From positions 162,832 to 226,831 of the forward strand of contig CBDAOL010000007.1 of the NCBI GenBank assembly GCA_965198045.1: a stretch of DNA of 64,000 bases, read 5' to 3'. The translations under genes were made by a program, and so were the position numbers. This DNA comes from Dehalococcoidia bacterium. GTDB lineage: Bacteria; Chloroflexota; Dehalococcoidia; UBA2979. Positions 41,785 through 52,866 of this stretch are shown here, piece by piece. The notes under the pieces were generated by a model. That model had not been told where the DNA came from. It ran no database searches and was given only the letters and a program-made list of their open reading frames with translations. Numbering within the stretch: the stretch's first letter is position 1; the number at the start of each line of letters is the position of its first letter.

Positions 41785-42438
41785 GGCCACGACGGGCTGC
41801 TGTGCTACCAGTTCGGCGCCACCGAGAACATCCTGCGCCCCGCGCAGGAGGCGGGTGTCCCCACGATCCTGCTTCAACGCTCGCGCCCGCACCCGATCGC
41901 CCCCTCGCTCGTCGTTGACGAGCAGCAGGCGTTCGACGAGGCGTTTGCCGACCTCGGCAACCACGGACACCAGCGCATCGCGATGATCACGCCCTCGACG
42001 CGATCGCACCGCTTCGACCTGCTCCGCGAGGCGCTCTCAGGCGCGGGCCTATCGCAACAAGAAGACCTTGAGCGCGTCAGCGACACCCCCGAGGCCGCGC
42101 GCGCGGCCGTCGACGCCCTGATGGCGCTCGACCAGCCGCCGACCGCAATCTTCGTGCACTGGGTGACCAACGCCGAGGCCGTGGCCGACCAGCTCGAGGC
42201 GCGTGGCTTCGACATCCCCGGCGACATCTCGATCATCGGCTTCGGCGTGTGGCACTCGCGATCGATCGCCCGCCCAACGTTCAGCGTCGTGCTCAGCGCC
42301 CCACTGGAGGACGCACGGGCGGCCGTTGAGTTGCTGGTCCGGCACATCGAGGGCGACGAGACGGCGCCGCGGACACTGATCCGCACCTCGAAGTACAAGC
42401 CCGGTGACACGGTGGGGCCCGCTCGCGTCCGGAGCTGA
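41785..42438 (+). pseudogene. LacI-family regulator ligand-binding domain, lacking HTH
   Basis: GHQRIAMI, PPTAIFV, IPGDISIIGFG. Confidence 0.8.
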
Positions 42439-42461
42439 CCGCCGTTCGTTGAGCCGGACGC

Positions 42462-43547
42462 CTAGCCCGGCAACCCCTCGAGGACTTCAGAAGCCTCGTC
42501 GACCAGGCCCGACATCACGTCGTCGACGGTACTCAGCTGGTTGAACCAGGCGATGCCCTGTCCAGCCGGGTGGTGTGCGAGCTCCTCGACCTTGTTGCGC
42601 TGAATCGAGCCCAGGAGGTCCCCGACGAGGATGTCCTGTAACGGCATCTGGAGCGGGACCGGGGCGTCCTCGTCCTCCCACTCGTCCGTCCAGGCGCTGC
42701 GGACGACGCGCAGCGTCTTCCCAGAGTCACTGCGCGTGATCACCGTGTCGGCCGACCGCGCCCCCTCGAGCTGGCGCACCGCCTGCTCTTCGAGATGCGC
42801 CTCCTCGGTCAGTAGCCAGGCCGTCCCGATCCATACCCCGACCGCGCCGAGGGCGAGCGCGGCGGCGATGTGACGACCGGTGGCGACGCCGCCGGCAGCG
42901 AGCACCGGTACATCCGCCATAGCCGCGATCTGCGGGACCAACGAGAACGTGCCGATCGGACCGGTGTGTGCACCGGCGTCGTGGCCTTGCGCGACGAGGA
43001 TGTCGGTGCCCGCCGCGAGCACCCGCTCGGCGTGCCGAGGCTGCCCGACGAGCGAGATCAGCGTTTTGCCGCGGTCCTTCGCCGCCGTGATCACGTCCAT
43101 CGGGCTGCCCACGCCCAGGGCGAAGACCGAAACATCGGACTCGAGGACGACCTCGACCTGACGCCGGGCCGACTCCTCGGACCGCACGAAGCGTGAGCGC
43201 CCCCCCGGCAGTCCGTCGCGCGGTACGTCGTACTTGTCCCACAGACCATCGACGAACTCGCGATGCTCGTCCGGCAGCAGGCGTTCAATCTCCTCGCGGT
43301 TGTTGCGCTCGGGCATCCCCGCTGGGATGACGAGGTCGATCCCAAACGGCCGTCCGTCGACCGCCGAGGAGATCTGCGTCAGCGTCTCCTCGATCTCCTC
43401 GGGCGTGTTGCGTGTACCGCCCCAGACGCCGATGCCGCCAGCGCGGCATACGGCCGCGACGGTATCAGCGGAGTGACTGAAGCCAAAGATGGGGTAGTCG
43501 ACGCCGAAGCGGTCGCAGACCTCGGTGTGCAAAGCGGTCGAGGGCAT
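42462..43547 (-). CDS. nitronate monooxygenase family flavoprotein
   Basis: VAQGHDAGAHTG, PVLAAGGVATG, GVWIGT. Confidence 0.92.
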   Translation of the reverse strand: MPSTALHTEVCDRFGVDYPIFGFSHSADTVAAVCRAGGIGVWGGTRNTPEEIEETLTQISSAVDGRPFGIDLVIPAGMPERNNREEIERLLPDEHREFVDGLWDKYDVPRDGLPGGRSRFVRSEESARRQVEVVLESDVSVFALGVGSPMDVITAAKDRGKTLISLVGQPRHAERVLAAGTDILVAQGHDAGAHTGPIGTFSLVPQIAAMADVPVLAAGGVATGRHIAAALALGAVGVWIGTAWLLTEEAHLEEQAVRQLEGARSADTVITRSDSGKTLRVVRSAWTDEWEDEDAPVPLQMPLQDILVGDLLGSIQRNKVEELAHHPAGQGIAWFNQLSTVDDVMSGLVDEASEVLEGLPG

Positions 43548-43574
43548 GTGCAGCCTCCTTATGCCTCGTCGAGC

Positions 43575-44840
43575 CTATGCGAGACGTTCGCCGACCGCTT
43601 GATCGGCAATCAACTGGTCGATCTCTTCGTCGCTGAAGTCAAGCTCGCCCAGCACCTCGCGGAGGTGCTCACCGTAGGCGGGTGTGCGGTCACCTGGCTG
43701 GTAGCGACCGTGGCTGAAGCTCACGGGCGGCCCGGGCATGATCATCGGGCCGACCACGGGGTGGTCCGCCTCGTAGACGAAGCCGTTGGCCAGAGCGTGC
43801 TCGCTGAGGAGCGCTTCCTCGAGGGTCTCGAGCAGCGAGCACGCCACGCCGCGGTCCTGGAGCAGGGCGCGGAGCTCCTCGCCGTCGCGCGTCTTGACGA
43901 CCGCCGTGATGCGGCTGCGCAGGTCGGTGAAGTGCTCGCTGGGCTCGTCCGGCATCTCCCAATCGGGGTCGGACACGCTGTCGTCGTCAAGGCCAAGCGC
44001 GTCGAGGAGTCTCGTCAGTGCGACCTGGTTCACGCCGAGCGTGATCCAACGCCCGTCGGCCGTCGGATAGAGCCCACCGATCAGCACGGCGGTCTGGGCA
44101 CGTCGTCGCGCCGAAGCCTCGCGCGGATGGGGCCGTTCACGCTGGACCCAGTCGGCGAAGTCGCGCTTCCACAGATCGACCGCGTCGAAGAGGTTGGCCG
44201 TCGCGTGCTGGAGCGCCAGTCCCGCCTGGTAGAGCGAGGTGGTCACGTGCTGCCCGCGACCGGTCCGCTCGCGGCTGTAGAGCGCGGAAGTGATGGCGAA
44301 GGCGAGCAGGCTGCCGGCCATGGTGTCGGCGAGGAACGCGTCAGCGAACCGCGGCACCTCCTCGTCGAAGTTGGCAGTCGACATCATCAGGCCCGACGCC
44401 GCCGAGGCCTGGAGGTCGGCTCCGCCGAGCCCACCGTACGGTCCGCGATGGCCGAACGCGCTGATCTCGGCCACGATGATGCGCGGTTCTTCGGCGCTGA
44501 GCGACTCGTAGTCGAGTCCGTGGCGGCCGAGCGCACCCGGGCGCATGTTCGAGACCAACACGTCGCTGCGCAGCGCGAGACGGCGCGCAATGGCCTCCCC
44601 CTGCGGATGCCGAAGGTTGATCGGCACGCCGCGCTTGCCGCGCGCCTTGATGATGTAGTGGCGTCCCTCGCCCGGGATGATGGTGCTGTTCGAGCGCGTG
44701 AAATCGCCTTCGATCGGCTCGATCTTGACCACGTCGGCGCCCCCGTGGGCAAGCAGTTCAGCCGCGTAAGGACCGGCCACCGCGCGACCAAACTCGAGGA
44801 CGCGCACGCCTTCGAAGATCCCGGGAGCGTTCGCGCTCAT
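43575..44840 (-). CDS. CaiB/BaiF family III CoA-transferase
   Basis: EGVRVLEF, GADVVKIEP, NMRPG, PAYGEH. Confidence 0.93.
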   Translation of the reverse strand: MSANAPGIFEGVRVLEFGRAVAGPYAAELLAHGGADVVKIEPIEGDFTRSNSTIIPGEGRHYIIKARGKRGVPINLRHPQGEAIARRLALRSDVLVSNMRPGALGRHGLDYESLSAEEPRIIVAEISAFGHRGPYGGLGGADLQASAASGLMMSTANFDEEVPRFADAFLADTMAGSLLAFAITSALYSRERTGRGQHVTTSLYQAGLALQHATANLFDAVDLWKRDFADWVQRERPHPREASARRRAQTAVLIGGLYPTADGRWITLGVNQVALTRLLDALGLDDDSVSDPDWEMPDEPSEHFTDLRSRITAVVKTRDGEELRALLQDRGVACSLLETLEEALLSEHALANGFVYEADHPVVGPMIMPGPPVSFSHGRYQPGDRTPAYGEHLREVLGELDFSDEEIDQLIADQAVGERLA

Positions 44841-44987
44841 GCCGCCCTCATCCGCTGCACTCGACGCCGCTGACCGCCGGAGCGCCCTGTCTCGGCGTTG
44901 GGTGGTATCGTTCCCGTGGCCGCACGGGGAGTGTACGCGGCGCGGGGCCGCGCGGACACCCAGGGGAGCGGTCGAAAGGCAGCCGAC

Positions 44988-45612
44988 ATGACCTCTCCAG
45001 AGCCGTTCGAGGGCCGAATCGGGCGTAGCTACCAAGATTCAGAGCCCTGGTGGCCGCCGCAACCGGCGACGGCGGACGGGAACAGCCCCAACGTCGTCAC
45101 GATCCTCTTCGATGACATGGGGTTCTCCCACCTCGGCTGCTACGGATCGACCATCAACACTCCCAACATCGACGCGCTGGCCTCGAACGGTTTGCGCTTC
45201 ACCAACTTCCACGTCACCGCGCTCTGCTCCCCCACCCGCGCGTCGCTGCTCACCGGGCGCAACCACCACGCGGTGGGCATGCGGGCGATCGCCAACTACG
45301 ACAGCGGCTACCCGAGCATGCGAGGCGCGATCACACCTCACGCCGCGACGCTCGCCGAGATGCTCAGCGACCAGGGCTACGCGACGCTCGCGGTCGGCAA
45401 GTGGCACCTCAACCCGACCGACGAGGGCTCGGCCGCCGGTCCGTACGACAGCTGGCCGCTGCAGCGCGGGTTCGACCGTTACTACGGGTTCCTGGGCGGG
45501 GCGACCGACCAGTTCTACCCCGAGCTCACGCATGACAACCATCACGTCGATCCGCCGGCCTTGCCGGAGGAGGGCTATCACCTGACCGAAGACCTGGTCG
45601 ACCACGCGGTCG
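44988..45612 (+). pseudogene. arylsulfatase N-terminal part
   Basis: PNVVTILFDDMG, CSPTRASLLTG (formylglycine motif), GKWHL. Confidence 0.9.
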
Positions 45613-45615
45613 CAC

Positions 45616-46545
45616 ATGGCGATCGTCCACGGCGTCGGCTATCCCAACTCGCCCCGCTCGCACTTCCGTTCGATGGACATCTGGCACACCTGCGAGCCCG
45701 ACACGGTGGGCACCGAGGGCTGGGTCGCGCGTGCGATCCGCGACCTCGATCCACGGGGCGAGAACCCCGTGACCGCGGTCAACATCGGACAGAGCTTGCC
45801 ACGCGCGCTGGTCTTGCCCGGCGTCTCGGTGGCCTCTGTCGCTGACCTCTCAAGCTATGGCTTGCTGACCGGCGTCGAACAGGAAGAGCAGCGCAGCAGG
45901 ATGCTCCGGCGCTTCGCCAACATTTACAGCGCCGCGATCGGGACTGGTACCGTCCAGGATTACCTCGGCCAGACCGGGCTGGACGCCCTGGGTGGGGCCG
46001 ACATCCTCAAGGATGCACTCGGTCGCTACGAGTCCACGGTTGAATATGGCACTGACTCGCTCTCGAAGGCCATGCGCGACATTGCGACGATTCACACGGC
46101 GGACGTCGGCACCCGGGTCTTCTACACGCAGCTCATTGGCTTCGATACGCACGCGGCGCAGCAGCCCACGTTCGACAAGCTCTGGACTGAAGTCTCGCGC
46201 GCGATCTCCGACTTCTGGGACGACCTGCGGGCCCACGACGCCGACGAAAACGTCGTCCTGTTCCTCTTCTCGGAGTTCGGACGCCGCGTCCGTGACAACG
46301 GTTCCGGGACCGATCACGGGGCCGCAGGCGGCTGCTTCGTGATGGGCCCGGCGGTCGACGGCGGGCTGTACGGCGCATACCCCGAGAGGAGACCCGAGAC
46401 CCTCGACCAGGGCGACCTCGTGCCAAATCAAGACTTCCGCGGGGTCTACTCGACGATTCTTGAGGACTGGCTCCGGCTAGACCCGGTCCCTATCGTCAAC
46501 GGCCAGTTTGAGGCGCCCCGCTTCATGCGGACCAGTCCCGCCTGA
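45616..46545 (+). CDS. DUF1501 family protein (probably 5' truncated)
   Basis: GVGYPNSPRSHFRSMDIW, GFDTH, SEFGR, GTDHG, DFRGVY. Confidence 0.88.
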   Translation: MAIVHGVGYPNSPRSHFRSMDIWHTCEPDTVGTEGWVARAIRDLDPRGENPVTAVNIGQSLPRALVLPGVSVASVADLSSYGLLTGVEQEEQRSRMLRRFANIYSAAIGTGTVQDYLGQTGLDALGGADILKDALGRYESTVEYGTDSLSKAMRDIATIHTADVGTRVFYTQLIGFDTHAAQQPTFDKLWTEVSRAISDFWDDLRAHDADENVVLFLFSEFGRRVRDNGSGTDHGAAGGCFVMGPAVDGGLYGAYPERRPETLDQGDLVPNQDFRGVYSTILEDWLRLDPVPIVNGQFEAPRFMRTSPA

Positions 46546-46662
46546 CGGCGGCCGCGCCTGAGCACGGTGGGGGCCCCGGCGGACCGCGCAGCATCGGTCG
46601 TCGCGGCGGCCAGAGTTGCCGGTCGGCGGGCTGGCATCTGGCACCAACGAGAAGGAGCTGCC

Positions 46663-47658
46663 ATGCCAACGAAGACCGTTGCGGGTCGAACCTGGCACTT
46701 CAGTCACCCGCTTGGGCATCACGTTGGCCCCGGCGGCTTCACGCATCCCACGGCGGTGGTGTCCGCCCCGGGAGGTATCGTCTACGTCGCCGACACCGGA
46801 GCTGCCGAAGGCTACCAGCCGGCGAAAATACGCAAGCTCGATGTCGACGAGGGGTTCATCATGGAGTTTGGCGTCGGCGACCTCACGTGGCCCGAGGGAC
46901 TCGCCCTCGATGAGTCGGGAAACATCTACTGCTCCGACGCGCACAAGCACCGAGTGATGGCGTACGACGAGGAGGGCGAGCAGATCGGCGAGTGGGGCGA
47001 GCCGGGTTCAGAGACGGGCCAGCTCAACGCTCCGTCCGGCCTAGCCTTCGACGGCGATGACAACCTCCATGTCGTGGACAGTCTCAATAACCGGATTCAG
47101 AAGTTCACCAGCGACGGGTGGCCGCTCGCGGCGTGGGGCACGCCGGGCAGCGAGGATGGGCAGCTCGATCGACCCTGGGGCATCACCATCGACCCGGAGG
47201 GGGATATCTACGTCGCCGACTGGGGTAATAACCGTGTCCAGAAGTTCTCGCCCGATGGCGTGTTCATGGGACGGTTCGGCTCCCAGATCGTAGACGGCGG
47301 CGAGCTGAACCGACCGTCCGACGTGGCCGTCGACAGTGAGGGCGATGTCTACGTGGTCGACTGGGGCAACAACCGCGTACAGATCTACTACGCCGACGGT
47401 GACGTGATCACCGGCCTCTACGGCGACGCGCGCGAGTTCTCCCGCTCCGCGCTACAGGTCATGGACGTAAACCCGGACTACGCCAAGGCCTTCGAGCGGG
47501 TGGACCCCACCGAGTTGATCAGGTGGGGCCGCCTGGAACGTCCGCGCGGAATCGCCATCGACGACCAAGACCGCATCGTCATAACAGACTGCACGCGGGG
47601 CCGCTTGCAGGTCTATACCAAAGACAAGGACTATGTCGTCCCGCAGTTCAATCTCTAG
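46663..47658 (+). CDS. NHL-repeat beta-propeller protein
   Basis: Repeated P.G.A.D..G.IYVADWGNNRVQKF. Confidence 0.93.
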   Translation: MPTKTVAGRTWHFSHPLGHHVGPGGFTHPTAVVSAPGGIVYVADTGAAEGYQPAKIRKLDVDEGFIMEFGVGDLTWPEGLALDESGNIYCSDAHKHRVMAYDEEGEQIGEWGEPGSETGQLNAPSGLAFDGDDNLHVVDSLNNRIQKFTSDGWPLAAWGTPGSEDGQLDRPWGITIDPEGDIYVADWGNNRVQKFSPDGVFMGRFGSQIVDGGELNRPSDVAVDSEGDVYVVDWGNNRVQIYYADGDVITGLYGDAREFSRSALQVMDVNPDYAKAFERVDPTELIRWGRLERPRGIAIDDQDRIVITDCTRGRLQVYTKDKDYVVPQFNL

Positions 47659-47955
47659 GCCGAATCCGCTGCTTGCGCTATGAGCAGCCGCGTGCCTCTT
47701 GAGCGCTGCAGGTGCCTCTCCCGTAGTTGGGATCGTGCTCGAGTGCCCACCCGGCTCGTCGTCAACGAGTACGATTCCGAGCGTGATCTACCGGCGCTTG
47801 GCGGTTCGTCGGCGGCGCCTGGCGATACCGAAAAACTCACGACGCTGGGATGCATGACGCTACCCCGCTCCGGATGAGCTTCATGCAACGCATCCCCCGC
47901 CTAGCGCACCCAATGCGACCCTGCCCTCGTCGACAACGGCCCCGGGTGGTCCCAG

Positions 47956-48478
47956 TCAGGTCGTCGCCAGCGTGGGCTCTTCCCCGGGCGAGGCATGATC
48001 TGCGCCGCGGTGAGGGGGTAGGCCTCCTTGTGGTAGATCTGCACGCGGTTGTAACCGAAGTCGCCCACGTACATCCGGTCCTCGACGAAACGCACCCGAG
48101 CCATGAAGCGCTTCTGATCCTCGAGGATGGCGATGTCGCGCAGACGCAGCCGGCATGCCGTTCTTCAGGAGGTACCGCAGCCCAGACTTCGAGACCGTAG
48201 CGCAACCAAAGAAGCGCTCGACGTAGTGGCCATCGCGGTTAAAGAGCATGATGCGGTTGTTGCCACGGTCGGCCACATTGATATCGCCGTGCTGGTCGAC
48301 CGCCACATCCGCCGGGCGGTTGAGTTCACCCTCGCCGTCACCGCTCGATCCGATCACCATCAATGGCTCGCCGGTCGGGCTCAGCTTCTGCACGCGGTCG
48401 TTGCGCCAGTCGCCCACGTAGATGCAGCCCTCCGCGTCCAGCGCGATGCCCCACGACATGTTGAACTCCCCCGGATCC
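47956..48478 (-). pseudogene. NHL-repeat protein fragment with frameshifts
   Basis: WGIALDAEGCIYVGDWRNDRVQK, VADRGNNRI. Confidence 0.8.
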
Positions 48479-48896
48479 GGTCGTCGACCACGGCGACCAC
48501 CTCCCAGTTCCCCGCCGGCGGGTTGTCTGGCAGTGCCAGCGGCTCGCCGGCATACCACAGTCGTGATTCGGACTCGGATCTCGACTTCATCGCATGCCCG
48601 CCATCATGCTGCGCACGCCTGAGGCCGCGGGCGACGTCCTCGTCTCGGGTGAAGTCGGTGTCGGAAGTGTCGTCCGTGAACGGATGCAAGGACGGCCCCG
48701 CCGAACATGGGCGGTCTGATCCCGGACCCGTTGGCGGGATGTCGCGTCCGCCATTTCTCGCGCGGTGTGCCACCGGGCGCGATGCCGCAGGGCGTTCGCA
48801 TGAACTCGTCTTGAGTCACGGTCGACGGCGACGGCAGTGAGAATGGCGTATCATACGCGGGCCGCGAATCCGACTGCGAAACGTCGAGGAGCCTCC

Positions 48897-50102
48897 GTGC
48901 CCTTCAGCGCGAGTTTTAACCCAAGCGGCGGAGCCGCGATCGTGGGCCTCGGCATGACCGAGATGACGCGCGAGTACACCTACAACGCCTCGGGCCTCGC
49001 TGGGATCGCGATCGGTCGGGCCCTCGACGATGCGGGGCTGAGCAAGGACGACATCGACGGTCTGCTGGTCAACGCAGGTGTCGCGAACAGCGTCTCGACG
49101 GGGCTGCAGTCGTTCCTGGGCTTCCGAAATCTGCGCGTGGTGAACCACATGAACGGCCAGGGCTCGACGGCCGGTCAGATGGTCCAGTTCGCCTCGCTCG
49201 CAATCCAGGCGGGCATGGCGAGCTACGTGGTCTGCGTCTTCTCCGACGATCCGCTGAAGACCGGCATGACGGCCGGTGCGGCCTACGGCGGACGCGGTCC
49301 CCAGCGCAGCGGCATGGCCAGTCTGCCGCTGGCGCACGGCCTGTTTGGGGACACCAACACGCAGTACGCGCTCGCCGCGAGGCGGCACATGGCGCTCTAC
49401 GGAACGACGCAGGAGCAGCTCGGGGCGGTCGCGATCTCAACGCGCGCCTGGGCGACGATGAACCCGGCGGCGATGCAGCGCGAGCCGATGAACCTCGAGG
49501 ACTACCTCAACTCCCGCTGGATCACCGAGCCGTTCCACCTCTTCGACTGCACGCTGGTCACCAACGGCGCGGTCGCGGTGATCGTCACGGCGGCGGACCA
49601 GGCGCAGGCACTCGCGCAGCCGCCGGTCTACATCACCGGCATGGGCCAGGGGCACCCGGGCAACCCTCGACGTGCGGGCTACGAAAACGAGGTGCACACC
49701 GGCGCTGTACAGGCGAAGGAGACGGCTTTCGCCATGGCCGGCGTCGACGTCGACGACATCGACGTGCGCGAGCTGTACGACTGCTACACCTACACCACGA
49801 TGGTGACGCTCGAGGACTACGGGTTCTGCGAGAAGGGCGAGGGCGGCGCCTTCGTCGAGGACGGCAAGCTCGGCCCAGGCGGCTCGCATCCGACGAACAC
49901 CGGCGGCGGCCAGCTCTCGGGCTACTACATGTGGGGCATGACGCCGCTCTCCGAGGCAGTGATCCAAGCGCGCGGCCAGGGCGGCGAGCGCCAGGTCCCG
50001 AAGCACGACACGATCCTCGTCTCGACCCAGGGTGGCGTCCTCGACCACCACGCCACGCTGATCCTCAGTTCTGACGAGACCGCCGGCACGCGAAGACGCT
50101 GA
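48897..50102 (+). CDS. SCP2-thiolase-like / Ltp2-like protein
   Basis: AAIVGLG, NGAVAVIV, ELYDCYT, NTGGGQLS. Confidence 0.92.
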   Translation: MPFSASFNPSGGAAIVGLGMTEMTREYTYNASGLAGIAIGRALDDAGLSKDDIDGLLVNAGVANSVSTGLQSFLGFRNLRVVNHMNGQGSTAGQMVQFASLAIQAGMASYVVCVFSDDPLKTGMTAGAAYGGRGPQRSGMASLPLAHGLFGDTNTQYALAARRHMALYGTTQEQLGAVAISTRAWATMNPAAMQREPMNLEDYLNSRWITEPFHLFDCTLVTNGAVAVIVTAADQAQALAQPPVYITGMGQGHPGNPRRAGYENEVHTGAVQAKETAFAMAGVDVDDIDVRELYDCYTYTTMVTLEDYGFCEKGEGGAFVEDGKLGPGGSHPTNTGGGQLSGYYMWGMTPLSEAVIQARGQGGERQVPKHDTILVSTQGGVLDHHATLILSSDETAGTRRR

Positions 50103-50518
50103 TGGCGGAGCAGCAACCGACTAAGCCCGTCCCTCTGCCCGACGATACCTCGGCGCCGTTCTTCGAGGCGGCGCGCGAGAACCGGCTAGTGATCCAGCGC
50201 TGCACAAACTGCGGTACCTATTCCTGGCCGCACCGCGAGATCTGCGGCGAGTGCCTTGAGCCCGACCTTGAGTGGGCAGAGGCCTCCGGTCGCGCCACCG
50301 TCTACTCCTTCGGCGTGATGCACCGCGTCTACCACCCCGCCTTCGCGGACGAGGTGCCGTACAACGTTACGGTCGTCGAGCTTGAGGAGGGGCCCCGTGT
50401 CAACACCAACCTCGTCGACATCGATGACGAGGCGATCGAGGTCGGCCTAGCGGTCGAGATCGCCTTCACCGAGGTGGACGACGGCGCCTACCTCCCCCTC
50501 TTCCGCCGGTCCGGCTGA
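50102..50518 (+). CDS. DUF35 Zn-ribbon/OB-fold protein
   Basis: QRCTNCG...CGEC, VELEEGPR; coupled to the thiolase gene. Confidence 0.93.
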   Translation: MAEQQPTKPVPLPDDTSAPFFEAARENRLVIQRCTNCGTYSWPHREICGECLEPDLEWAEASGRATVYSFGVMHRVYHPAFADEVPYNVTVVELEEGPRVNTNLVDIDDEAIEVGLAVEIAFTEVDDGAYLPLFRRSG

Positions 50519-50842
50519 GAGCTCGGAGGCCGCGCTGCAGACTTTCCGCGCGTCCGCCAGTGATTGCAGCGTTTCCGGTCTCATGGGTCGTGTTGACCTC
50601 GGATGATCAACGGACTCATACGGCATCGGTGGTTCGGGCGGTGCGCCGGATGGCCAGACCAGCAGCACTCGCTAGCCAGGCGCAAAGACGGTCCAGCCGT
50701 GCACGATGGCCTTGCCCGTTGTTCTTGACGGTGTTGTCGGGTCGGTGATCGGCATTTGTGCGACTCGCCGCCCGTCTTGATGACGCAAGTCACGGGCCAC
50801 GGAGCGGAGCAGGCTGACTTCGAGCGGTGCAGTCGACGGCGA

Positions 50843-51268
50843 TCACTCGACAGTAATGGTGCCCATCATGCTCGGGTGAATCGTACAGACGTACGCGAAG
50901 GTCCCAGCGGTGGTGAAGGTGTGCTCGAACCTGTCACCGCCCGACAGCGTGCCGGAGTCCCAGTCGCCGTCGCTGGATGTCGCCGTGTGTGGTACTTCAT
51001 CGACGTTCGTCCAGCGCACGGTGTCGCCGACCGCCACGGTGAGCGAGACGTGCGCGAAGTTCGCGATCGAGGCGGGAAGCACCCCGGGCCCCTCGGTCGG
51101 ATCGGGGGTGCTCGTCTCGGTAGGCACGGAGGTCGCGGTATCCGCCGCCGTCGCGGCCTGCGTGGACTCGTCGGTCGGAGTAGAACCGGCGTCATCGTCA
51201 CCGCAAGCGGCGACGATGAGCAACAACGCAGCTAGGGCCGCCGGCAGCCAGCGTCGATCGAATGTCAT
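50843..51268 (-). CDS. cupredoxin (plastocyanin/amicyanin-like) lipoprotein
   Basis: Lipobox VAAC; WTNVDEVPHT; YVCTIHPSMMG copper ligands. Confidence 0.92.
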   Translation of the reverse strand: MTFDRRWLPAALAALLLIVAACGDDDAGSTPTDESTQAATAADTATSVPTETSTPDPTEGPGVLPASIANFAHVSLTVAVGDTVRWTNVDEVPHTATSSDGDWDSGTLSGGDRFEHTFTTAGTFAYVCTIHPSMMGTITVE

Positions 51269-51544
51269 CGGCCTGTCTCGCTTCTCCCGGTGACCAGGAG
51301 CATCTAACCGATCGCTCTTCGTCCCCGGTAATTCGAGTCGTCGAACCCTCGCGGATTTCCTCGCGTGAACCTCGCCGATAATCGGCTTTCCGGCTTCCAC
51401 CATTGTAGCGGGCGGCCCCCTCCGTCTCTATACTCCTTTCTGAAGTTCAAGGTGACGGTCAGGGAGCTCCTCGGTGTCTCGAGCGCCTACCGAATCTCCC
51501 GGGTGCAGTTCGATTAAATGCTCACGCGTGTCTGAGATCTGACA

Positions 51545-51790
51545 GGGATGATCGGTACGACGCCCAGCCACCACTAGGCGGCGAGCGTTTACGGTGCCGG
51601 GTGGGCTCCCGGGCTCGGTCTGACCCCAGATTCTGACTGGCGCTTCGGCTGCTCTCGCTCTGATCTGTCGGCCGCGCCTCCGAGTCCATCTGGCACGCAC
51701 CGGTCGGGCGAACGTGACCTCATAGGAGCCTGCCTTGGCGGCTCGTCCCTGTCCTGTCCGCCGTCCCGGCACGTGCGGCCACCCTGCACA
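51545..51790 (+). ncRNA. putative IS110 bridge RNA
   Basis: Contains matches to the target halves (51618-51623, 51629-51636) and donor halves (51722-51729, 51746-51753); exact ends unknown. Confidence 0.75.
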
Positions 51791-51792
51791 GA

Positions 51793-52866
51793 TTGTTCGA
51801 TGAAGGGATGACGATGACCACCATGACAGATGCGACCACGCGCGTCACCGCCGGGGTCGACACGCACCGCGACCAGCACGTGGTCGCCGCGCTCGATGAG
51901 CGGGGCGGCGAGCTCGGGGTGCGGTCGTTCGCGACGACCACGGCCGGCTACCGACAGGCGCTCGCCTGGCTCCGCAGCCTTGGTCCGGTCGAGCGCATCG
52001 GCGTCGAAGGGACGGGCACCTACGGCGCTGGCCTGACCCGCTACCTGCTCGCCGAGGCGGTGGCGGTGGTGGAGGTGAATCGCCCCAACCGCCAGCTGCG
52101 ACGCCGCCACGGTAAGTCCGACCCCGTCGACGCCATCGCCGCCGCTCGCGCTGCGCAGTCAGGGGAGGCCTCGGGTGAGGCGCAGACCCGCAGCGGTGCC
52201 GTGGAGGCGATCCGCGCGCTGCGCACGGCTCGCCGCTCGGCCGGGCATGCACGCACGACGGCCCTCAACCAGATGCGCGCCCTGCTCGTGAGTGGACCGG
52301 ACGACCTCCGGGCCGCACTGCGGGGCAGCACTGTGTTCGAGCTGGTGACGACCGCGGCCCGGCTGCGTCCGACTGACCCCACGACCGCCGTCGGCGCCAC
52401 CAAGCTAGCCCTGCGTGAGCTGGCTCGGCGGGTGCAGCGCCTCGAGGCAGAGTGTCGCCGCCTCGACGCCGTGCTCGAGCAGCTGGTCGCCACCACCGCG
52501 CCCGCCCTCGTCGCCTGCTTCGGCGTGGGCACCGACACGGCCGGCGCTCTGCTCGTCTCCGCCGGCGACAACCCGCAACGCCTCCGCAGCGAGGCGGCAT
52601 TCGCCCATCACTGCGGCGTCGCCCCGATCGACGCCTCGTCGGGGCTGACCATCCGCAAACGACTCAACCGCGGTGGCGACCGCACCGCGAATCAAGCGCT
52701 CTGGCGAATCGTCATGGTCCGCATGGTCCACGACCCCCGCACCCGCCGCTACGTCGAGCGGCGCACGCGCGAGGGCCGTTCCAAGCGCGAGATCATCCGC
52801 TCGCTCAAGCGCTACGTCGCACGGCAGCTCTATCGCCACCTCCCGCGACCCGAGTCGCTCGCTTGA
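51793..52866 (+). CDS. IS110 family DEDD recombinase/transposase
   Basis: GVDTHRD, GVEGTG, KSDPVDA, ASSG, RLNRGGDR; true start may be 51808-51823. Confidence 0.96.
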   Translation: MFDEGMTMTTMTDATTRVTAGVDTHRDQHVVAALDERGGELGVRSFATTTAGYRQALAWLRSLGPVERIGVEGTGTYGAGLTRYLLAEAVAVVEVNRPNRQLRRRHGKSDPVDAIAAARAAQSGEASGEAQTRSGAVEAIRALRTARRSAGHARTTALNQMRALLVSGPDDLRAALRGSTVFELVTTAARLRPTDPTTAVGATKLALRELARRVQRLEAECRRLDAVLEQLVATTAPALVACFGVGTDTAGALLVSAGDNPQRLRSEAAFAHHCGVAPIDASSGLTIRKRLNRGGDRTANQALWRIVMVRMVHDPRTRRYVERRTREGRSKREIIRSLKRYVARQLYRHLPRPESLA

